A stretch of DNA of 64,000 nt from a virus. This document shows positions 52,110-60,800 of this stretch, one piece after another. How positions within the stretch are numbered: the stretch's first letter is position 1; the number at the start of each line of letters is the position of its first letter. The notes under the pieces are model-generated. The model was not told the DNA's origin. It did no database searches and saw only the letters and a program-made list of their open reading frames with translations. Position numbers and translations under genes: made by a program. The stretch is taken from the IMG/VR virus record IMGVR_UViG_3300045973_000529, positions 64,001 to 128,000 of that record. One strand, given 5' to 3'.

Positions 52110-52535
52110 ATGGCACAGAACACAATCGAAAAGCGCGCGACCGATCTCAAGCACGTTTGGCTCATCGACTGGAACGATGACGGACTGCTGAAGGAAATCG
52201 CGGTTGTGATGGAAACGCAGGACGGTACGCTCTTCGGGATCGAAGTCGACAAGCTGCATCCGATCGACAAGGCGCGTCTGAAGAAGGTCATCACATCGGT
52301 CCACGCCGACAAGTACCCGCTCTGGGAACTGCTGTCACAAGGTCGTCTGAACAACGGCCTGAACGCACTGGACTTCTTCCACCAGAACTACGTCAAGGTC
52401 AAGCGTCCTCGTGGCGCCGTGATCGGCGGCGGTCTCGCCTCCGTTCAGTTGGATCTCGACGACGGTCGCCAAATCGGCTCGTCATTCAGCAACCCGCGTG
52501 GTGCTGTGACGGCAGGTGAAGCACCGAAGATGTAA
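52110..52535 (+). CDS. hypothetical late protein
   Basis: AAGGAG SD; LIDWNDDG...IDKARLKK...YPLWELLSQ...NALDFFH. Confidence 0.85.
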   Translation: MAQNTIEKRATDLKHVWLIDWNDDGLLKEIAVVMETQDGTLFGIEVDKLHPIDKARLKKVITSVHADKYPLWELLSQGRLNNGLNALDFFHQNYVKVKRPRGAVIGGGLASVQLDLDDGRQIGSSFSNPRGAVTAGEAPKM

Positions 52536-52558
52536 GATCAGAACGATCGACCATTGGC

Positions 52559-52582
52559 AAGGGTCGCTTCGGCGACCCTTTT
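52559..52582 (+). terminator. intrinsic terminator, UUCG loop
   Basis: AAGGGTCGC-TTCG-GCGACCCTT TT. Confidence 0.9.
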
Positions 52583-52633
52583 CGGCCTCCGGGCCTCTGA
52601 CACAGAAAGGACTTCCCGAGTAGTAGCACGCTC

Positions 52634-52641
52634 TGTATAAT
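52634..52641 (+). promoter_or_regulatory. -10 box TATAAT
   Basis: ctg-TATAAT 52636-52641 after terminator; no clear -35. Confidence 0.6.
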
Positions 52642-52711
52642 GCGCCTACCTCTGACCAATAGCCAGACGGAGCGGTTTACGCCCGCCAACTAACACTAAG
52701 GAGTATCCACA

Positions 52712-53350
52712 ATGTATAAGATCCATGCAACCCTCGCGGTTGTTCTAGCTCTTGTTTGCACCGCAGTTTTCAAGCTCGAAGTCTTGATGCCATCACCGAC
52801 GGCGAACGTCGTCATGGCCGAGAAGTCGACTACCGTCATGGGAGGCCAAGTCGCGGTGCTTGTCCCAAATGATCTGACCACATCTCAGCACCAGATCCTG
52901 AACAGGGCGTACGTGCAAGCGAAGGCCGATGGTCACCCGAATCCTGAGATCGTTCAGGGCGTTCTCCTTCAGGAGTCCAAGGCCGGTGGCATGGGTTCGT
53001 ACAAGGTTGCTGGGAACAAGGGTGACGAGTACTTCGGTCTCGGTCAGCTCAAGCTCGGCGCGACGCGCGAGGTCATGAGCACGTTCCCAGCACTCTGGAC
53101 GAAGTACGCGTTCCACACACGGACCGACGACGAGCTGAAGGCGAACTTGATTCTGAACCCGACCTTCAACATCGAGATCACCTCCAAGTACCTGCGGATC
53201 CTGCAGACCAAGTACGGGTTCAAGGGTCGTGAGCTGATGAATGCGTACAACCGCGGACCAGGTGGTGTAAAATTGGTCGGTGCCGATTACGGCTATGCAC
53301 TCAGTGCTGAGGCGAAGCTCGCCACCGCACGTCGTCAAGGAAAGCTATGA
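52712..53350 (+). CDS. lytic transglycosylase (SLT-like) with N-terminal membrane segment
   Basis: GVLLQESKAG catalytic Glu, YFGLGQLK, NIEITSKYL, NAYNRGPG; hydrophobic N-terminus. Confidence 0.85.
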   Translation: MYKIHATLAVVLALVCTAVFKLEVLMPSPTANVVMAEKSTTVMGGQVAVLVPNDLTTSQHQILNRAYVQAKADGHPNPEIVQGVLLQESKAGGMGSYKVAGNKGDEYFGLGQLKLGATREVMSTFPALWTKYAFHTRTDDELKANLILNPTFNIEITSKYLRILQTKYGFKGRELMNAYNRGPGGVKLVGADYGYALSAEAKLATARRQGKL

Positions 53351-53748
53351 CCAAGTTCGTTCCGAAAAGCACTGAAGTCGAGGTTGTCACCAAGTGCCGG
53401 GCCTGTGATGGGACCGGACAGAGCAATGGCGAAACTTGCCAGATCTGCGACGGTGAAGGTGTCGTGCCGTACCTTGCACCTCGCTCGATCTTCGCCATGT
53501 CGCCTGAAGAGCGGAAGGCGATCATGGAGGCCAATCCTCCTGAGGTCACCTGCATTCACGGAGCCAATGCGTACTTCGACTGGTCGTGGATGGGCTGTGG
53601 GCACGGTCAGCTTTCGTTCTCGGTCGACAGCTTCGGTCACATCACCTGCATGGATGAGCACATGGGCCGTGACCGCGTTCGCACGCTGCTGCATGCACTG
53701 GCCGATCACATCGCTGACAACGCGGTGCTGGACGGCGACGAGGTGTAA
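53347..53748 (+). CDS. protein with DnaJ-type zinc finger repeats
   Basis: CRACDGTG and CQICDGEG (CxxCxGxG x2). Confidence 0.75.
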   Translation: MTKFVPKSTEVEVVTKCRACDGTGQSNGETCQICDGEGVVPYLAPRSIFAMSPEERKAIMEANPPEVTCIHGANAYFDWSWMGCGHGQLSFSVDSFGHITCMDEHMGRDRVRTLLHALADHIADNAVLDGDEV

Positions 53749-53781
53749 CGGTTCTCCACGATCCCGAGATCGTGTTATGAT
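53744..53781 (+). promoter_or_regulatory. early/middle promoter: inverted box TGTAACGG + CCCGA + extended -10
   Basis: TGTAACGG 53744, CCCGA 53763, TGT-TATGAT 53776-53781. Confidence 0.78.
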
Positions 53782-53807
53782 GCAATCCTCGAATCAAGGA
53801 TAGCAAC

Positions 53808-54188
53808 ATGAGCTACGTTCAAGTCCCCCGCGAACTCTTCCTGGCCCGCCTCACCGAGTGCGGCTTCCAGGTGGACGAGACGCAGGAAGGCGGCGAGCTG
53901 GTCGTGACCCGCCAGCACCACAACGATGGAACGATGTTCGTGAAGATCTTCACCACGCTCCCGAAGGCTGGTGGTGATGTCCGCGCCAAGGGTGCTGACG
54001 CGATCCGCGTCGTGCTGATCTTCAAGAACGGCGATCGCTCTGGTTGCCTCATGAAGCTGCCCAAGGTTCTTCGCACCGGTTCTGCCGAGGCTGTGATCGA
54101 GCGCACGATCGAACGTGCTCGTGAAGCCTATGGCGAAGCCAATCGTCGCCACAATGAGCACGTTCTCGCTCGCCGCTCCAGGAGCTGA
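53808..54188 (+). CDS. hypothetical early protein
   Basis: AAGGA SD, 126 aa. Confidence 0.8.
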   Translation: MSYVQVPRELFLARLTECGFQVDETQEGGELVVTRQHHNDGTMFVKIFTTLPKAGGDVRAKGADAIRVVLIFKNGDRSGCLMKLPKVLRTGSAEAVIERTIERAREAYGEANRRHNEHVLARRSRS

Positions 54189-54191
54189 TTC

Positions 54192-54350
54192 ATGGATGCC
54201 TCCAACTTTCTCCTGATCCTCTTCGGGATCCTCGTGTTGTTGCTCATCGTGGCGCTCGTGATGTCGTTGTACTACAGCCACAAGTACCCATCCAAGCTGC
54301 CGCCGGCCTTTCCGAAGCAGACCAACGCCGACATCTACAAAGGACTGTGA
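54192..54350 (+). CDS. small single-TM protein (52 aa)
   Basis: Read manually: MDASNFLLILFGILVLLLIVALVMSLYY...; GGAG SD. Confidence 0.7.
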   Translation: MDASNFLLILFGILVLLLIVALVMSLYYSHKYPSKLPPAFPKQTNADIYKGL

Positions 54351-54595
54351 TGCCAATCGTCAAACGTGTCCGCACCTCCACCTACGCTGTGGCCGTGATC
54401 TACGACCCGCTGCCGATGACCTTGCCCGCGAAACGCTTCGACGACTGCACGCACGAGGCTGTCGTTGCGGCCCTGGAGCGGGAATACGGCAACGATCTGA
54501 TCTGCGTCATGACGTACGATGTTCGTACGATCGATGTCGATGGTGAGCGGTTCCACTCTGACCCACAGAACAAGCGCAAGTGGAGCAAGGCATGA
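54350..54595 (+). CDS. hypothetical protein
   Basis: TGATG overlap, 81 aa. Confidence 0.7.
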   Translation: MPIVKRVRTSTYAVAVIYDPLPMTLPAKRFDDCTHEAVVAALEREYGNDLICVMTYDVRTIDVDGERFHSDPQNKRKWSKA

Positions 54596-54702
54596 ACGAC
54601 AAGTACTCGAAGACCTGGGCCTATCGTGGCCCGTCCAAGAAGCAGATCGAAGCGATGGAACGCGCAGCGTTTCTGAGGAAGCTTCGGAAGTCCAAGTACT
54701 GA
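54592..54702 (+). CDS. 36-aa basic peptide
   Basis: Read manually: MNDKYSKTWAYRGPSKKQIEAMERAAFLRKLRKSKY; ATGA overlap. Confidence 0.6.
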   Translation: MNDKYSKTWAYRGPSKKQIEAMERAAFLRKLRKSKY

Positions 54703-54724
54703 GCACCTCCTCGGTGCACCAGAC

Positions 54725-54749
54725 AAAGGCCGGTTCATCCGGCCTTTTT
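54725..54749 (+). terminator. intrinsic terminator
   Basis: AAAGGCCGG-TTCAT-CCGGCCTTT TT. Confidence 0.85.
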
Positions 54750-54849
54750 CGTTTGAGGAGACATACACCGCACCTAGGGAACTCCACCGGCACCACCTAA
54801 TGGTCGCCACCGTTACAGGTTGGTGATTTCGAGCCATTCAGTCAAGGTC

Positions 54850-54855
54850 TAAATA
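54850..54855 (+). promoter_or_regulatory. late promoter box TAAATA
   Basis: cTAAATAc 23 nt before ATG 54879. Confidence 0.7.
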
Positions 54856-54878
54856 CGGAACTTCGATGTGAATGCGCA

Positions 54879-57800
54879 ATGGCCAAAGACTACCACCTCC
54901 CGTACCTCGATCTGACCAACCTCGTTCCGAGTCAACAGCGGAACCCGATGGTCAAGTCGCTGATCGACAATCTGTTCAACCGGTTCCTGACCCAAGACGA
55001 GTCGGTTCCGCTGTATGGGTATGTGGGAGTGAAGCCAGCGTCAGTTGACGACAGCACTCCTAAGATCATGCAATCAACGGTCGAGCGTGATGTGAACTCA
55101 CTGGTTCCAGTGTTGTCGTTCACCGCTGGACAGGAGACCTTCTCGTACACGCCTCAGGACTTGATCCGCAAGGCAGAGGTGCTTGGTGTTTCAGCTGATC
55201 AGTCGTCATGGCTGTACTCGCAAGGGAACAACTACTGCCCACCGATTGATTTTGACCGGTTCACGAACTTCTTCAACTACTACTGGGTGGCGAAGGCACT
55301 ACCAACGGTGCCGGTTCTGCCGTGGAATCCAACAGCGGCACCTGAGTACTACATCATGGCTCGCCCAGCGCCAGCCGATCTGGACAAGCTGAACGTGCAT
55401 GTGGCGACCACCACGACCGTCGTGCTCACTGGCTCTGGGTACTACGATCAAACTTGGACGGTGACCTTCCTCACCCCAACTACGTTCATGATCCAAGCGA
55501 ACGGCTCCACAATTGGCTTTGCTCCAGGTGAAGATCTGCAAGGACCGTTTATTCTTCCTGATCTGCCACCAGTCAGTGCCCCAGGTCCGTACCCAACGAT
55601 CATCGACACCTTCCAATTCTCCATCGCCTCTTCAGTTGAACCACTGTTGATCTTCAACGTCGTGCGTGATGCGATCTTGGACAACAGCGGTGGACCATAC
55701 GCTTACGAAGGTTTCGAAGCGGGTGATGCTTTCCTAATCGACGCCCCATTCCTGTCGAGCACGTACTCCGTGTCGTTCAGCGGCGGCCCTGGTCAAAAGG
55801 GCAAGATCTCGGGTGTGAACTCACTGGATACGTTCCAGACAATTGACGGTCGTGTGCTGCAGGTCAATGACCGAGTGCTTGTTCGCCACGGTTCCCCGAG
55901 TGACCAAGGCATCTACGCCGTTCAATCAGGTGCCTGGGTCCGCACAGCTGATTTCGACGACAGCACTGGAACTGCCCAGGCGGGTGCTCGTGTCTTTGTT
56001 GTCAACGGCAGCCAAGCTGATACGCTGTGGGTGTCCTTTGCTTCGGGCGGCGGGTTTGGTTGGACGTCAACCGTCAACACTGTGTCGAACACGAGCAACT
56101 GGCAAGAGGGCAACTACTGGGTGCACCGTGATGCGCTGACTGGAGTTGACCTGACCAAGATCGTTCAGGCGTCTCGCCCGATCATTGAGTTCTCGGCGAA
56201 CCTCAAGCTGAACACTCGCGTCGCAAGCACCGGTCTTCCGACTGATACGGGTGGCACACTGTACGAGCAGGTCAAGACTGAGTTCAACCAGGCGCCGCTG
56301 TTCGATCTGTACCGGTATGATGGCAGCCACGCGCACTGTGTGTCGCCGATCTTCTTCTATGTCGAAGACGCGACTGAAGCTATCGACACTGTGCTGCAAC
56401 GACGTGTCAAGCACAGCTCCAATCTGTCAGGGGACTTCCTCTTTGATCACGGTCTGCGCGACACTGCTGGTCAGTTGTTCTACAAGGACACCAGCGGAGC
56501 ATTGCACTCGATTTGGCACCCTGGATACTCATCGCCGTCAGTCATCGACACGGTGTACGAAGGTGTTGGCGCTGGTACCATTGTGCTCGGCGCTGGAGCC
56601 AATGCCTTCGCGTCGCAACAGATCTGGACGCTGGTTGCTGAGACACCAACCACCTTCAGCGTCTCTGGCTCGAAGAACAAGACCCTGCCTACCCCTTACG
56701 ATGTCTTGACGGTTGGCACTCCGTATTCAAACGGGCTGTTCAACGCGACCCTCTTTGCGGGTGCTATTCCATTCGTGGCAGGTGACACTTACCAGTTCAG
56801 CTTCGGGAACTTCGAGACGACTCGGTACGTGTACCGTGAGACGAACAACCAGCTGTACGATCTGTTCGGTGGTCCTGCACTCGATTCTGATGGCATTGGC
56901 GCATGGCAGACTCCACGGATGTTCTTCCACAACTTTGCAGCTGCCAGTGGTGGTGAACTTCCGGAGGGCACGCTGTACAGCCACTTCCGAGGAATCCTTG
57001 CCAATCAACTGCCTGGAGCAGTGCAAGACAATGCGTTCGGTGGTTCCATCAAGTTGTGGTCTGAGCAAGAGAACTTGCTCGCCGCGCTGCTGATGCAGCG
57101 TGATGTGACCCCAATCAGCATGATCGACATGGCTCAACAGCAGTACCAAGTCGCGTTGAACTCTGTCACTGACATCTACCTGTCGAACATCTTGAAGTAC
57201 TTCAGCGAAGTTGAAGTGCTGAACCGGCCGTCTGACACGGCCGAGCTGCTTGATTACATCTTGGCGATCCGGGTCCAAGACAATGAAGTACGTACCGTGC
57301 TGTACGACAGCACCTCACCGGTACCTGGCTTCCCGGCAACGCTGCCGCAACTCGGTGTGCTGCCACTGGTCTTGCCTGGAGCCGTGTTTGACGATGAGCT
57401 CGGTGCGACGCTCTTCCAACACCATGATGGTCATCTGAGCTCGTTCTTCGAGCAGACCCCTGCATTCCGTGACCAGTTCCTCGGAGCAAACACGACCATT
57501 GTTCGCTCTGATGGTCTCGTGACACCAGCAGTTGGCTCATACACGACCACCGCTCCAGCAATGCCGTACAAGGGTCTGTTGTGGCAGTACCCAGGTGTGG
57601 ACACCGAGTTCCGCGTCTTTGACGTGGTGTCTGACTCCTTCATTGCTCCTGCTGCCGCTGGCCTCGTGACTGGCGACTATTGGTACAACCGCGGTGTGAA
57701 CATCCTGTATCGCTGGGCTGGCGCATGGGTCGTTGAACCGAACATGCTGGCTCCTTGGGTCACTATCAACATCGCTGAGCTGCTGAATGATCTCATCGAA

Positions 57801-60800
57801 GCTGTTGAGACCCGCCTGTACTACGGCATCTCGTCTGCTCAGCGACAGTACTTCTCTGCCAGCGATGTCAAGACCGCTGTCAATGGACCATTGGGTACAC
57901 AGCTGCAGCGTGAGCTCGCGACCTGGGCGGCGCAGAATCAGTTTGACCCGTTGGCACCTGACTTCGTGAGCACTGACGCATTCACGTGGAACTACAGCTC
58001 TAGCACGCTCATGGCCGCGATGACGCCGCCGTTTCCAGCTCGCTGGTTTGACGTTCTACGCGCCCACCAGGCAACGTTCGGCGCGCTGGTGATTCCGACC
58101 GCTCGCCCAAATCTCGAGCCGTGGAAGCTGCTCGGGAACCCTACCAAGCCATCGACTTGGGATACGACGTGGAAGAATCCTGTCACTCCAAGCGACGTGG
58201 CTGCTGATGCTTCGTACGCAAACAGCTGGAACGTGACGGTGGTGAAGTACTCGGCAACAAACATCACCACCGCGTTGACTGGGCTTCCAACGATCGACGG
58301 CGTCGTTCTGTCAGCTGGACAGGCCGTGCTATTGGTCAGTGAAGGTGTCGCCGCCAACAATGGGGTTTGGGTCGTCTCCTCTGGTCCTTGGACTCGCAGC
58401 GCTGTGGTGCCAATGACACTGCACACGGTGGTCACCGTCGATCGTGGTACGCTCTTCAGTGGCACCTCATGGGCGCTGACAACGGTTACTCCACTGACGT
58501 TCACGCAAATTCGACTGTGGAAGTCGACGATGTGGACATCCATTGCTGCATCACGTCCAACTTTGAAGCTCTCTGTCGATGTGAATCGCGATGCTCTGCT
58601 GCCACCGTACGTGTCGGCTTCGCTCCCGTGGTCGTCGAACGCACTGACAACCACGATGCCGTCGAATCCGTCAGCAGCATACACCTTCGGCCAGAACTCA
58701 CCAGTTGAAACCGTCTGGAAGAAGACGGTCGACTATCGGTATGCCCTTGCGCGTGCTCTCTTCCGTTCAGCACCACTGTCGTTCCTTGGGAACTGCTGGG
58801 GCTTCGAGTGGCAAGAGGTCGATGGCATCCTGTACGACGGCTTCGACATGGCAATGCCAGGGCAACCGAACTTCAGGCTCCATGGTGACACCATCAGCGA
58901 CGTGACCAGAACCGCTCCTTTCACCGCTGGGCTCATCACCAGCACCGCTGCTTACACGCTGACCATCAAGCATGACGGGTACACTGCAGCTCGTCGTCAG
59001 GCGTTCTCTGTGTATGACCAGAACGGTGTGTTCGTGACGACACTGCTTGAGGGTGTTGCCACTTCGATGTCCAATGCTGGCTTCACCTTCACGAACGTGA
59101 AGATCGAAGACGAAGGCAAGCCATTCCGTGTCGGTGACACTTTCACCGTGACTGGCAGCGCAAACGGCACCGGTCTCTCTGCCGTGCTGACACAGGCGAA
59201 CTACCACCAGATCAATGGCTTTGGCCAGACGTTCACACAAGCTCTGCGTGCCTCGAGCATCGACACCAGCGCTGGGTACGCTATTCAGGCCTTCAGGAAC
59301 TTCAACGTCAATCTCGGTTACCGCGCTGGTGGCCTCGTGAACACTGATGATCTGCGTGTGTACTCTGAGAGCGTTGAGCTTCCAAGCTCGTCGTATCAGC
59401 TGCGCTTCAAGAAGTCACAGTACGCGAACGATCTTTGGCTACAAGCCCTCCGTATCACCGTGGTGCAGCCAGGGGCGGCTACCGTTCAGGGTGATCGGTA
59501 CTATCCGGCTGGTGATGCCAGTGACTGGGTGTTCCGCATTGAAGGGTACAACACCCGGTATCTCGGACTGCAGTACTACCCGCTCGGTGGCGAGTACAGC
59601 ACCTTCAATGCGCTGAGCAAGGCACACACTACTCTTGCGTGGAAGCACCACTCTGACAAGCTTGGCACCCCAATCAGCACACAACTACCGCTGATCGTTA
59701 CTGGGCTGCAGAACGTCGTGAACATTCTGTTTGGCTACGCACTGAAGCTTGAGGAAGACGGCTGGGTGTTCAACGATCCAGATGCCTCGAACATCGACGA
59801 AGCGACTGGTCGTGTCCGGAACTGGCAGCTCGAAATCGAGAAGCTGGTGGATGCAGTGTACACTGGTCTGACGTTTGGTCAGGGTCATGTCTGCAATCCG
59901 TTCATTGACAAGGTGTGGCTCCAACAGCCAACAGGACTGTTGGCATCGTTCAGTGACACATCGCTGTTTGATGTGCATGCGCACCCAGCAGTGTTCGACA
60001 CTCTTGGGGTGAAGCTCAAGACCGATGATCTGACGGTGCTGCGTCAGCGCGGTGTTTCGCGTATCAGCGCTTCAGTTCCAATGTTCAGTGTGCACGCACA
60101 GGTCGATGAGTACGAGCACTTGTTCGTGTTCAATGACCTCTCATCGCCAAGCACAGGTGAAGGCACGATCTACGATCCGTTCTCGGGTGCTCGAGTTGTG
60201 ATGCTGAAGTTGAACGGTCGTCGTCAAGGACCTGGTACCATGCGGCCTGAGTTTGGTGGTCACTACATGTCAGGTGATGAAGTTCGTAAGAACTTCCAAG
60301 CTGCAACTCAGACGATTTCGAAGTACTATGACGCGGATGCAGTGTTCGAAGATGAGCTCAGCACCCGTCACGCGTTGGCGCTGCTCGGCTTCTCACCCAA
60401 GCAGTACATGACTGATCTCGATCTGAACAACAACACGCAGTTCAACTTCTGGCGTGGTCTGATCCAGATGAAGGGAACGAACGCCTCGATCGGTGCGTTC
60501 CTGAACAACGACCGCTTCGAAGACGCAAAGATCGACGAGTACTGGGCGTACAAGGTCGCTGAGTACGGTGACTCGCGCTCAAAGATCTTCCCTGAACTGA
60601 AGCTCACGGTTGATGACACCCTGCAGCAGTTCACGAAGTTCTTGTTTGACGACGCACCTGCCGCTGACTTCACTTCTTTCGTGCTGATCAAGTCAAGTGA
60701 CGAGACACGTTGGTTCACGCTTGACGACCTGTCTGACACCCCTGTGACCTTCGAGGCACAGGTTGTTGGCACGTACAGCGCGGATGTTAGCCCAGCGACC

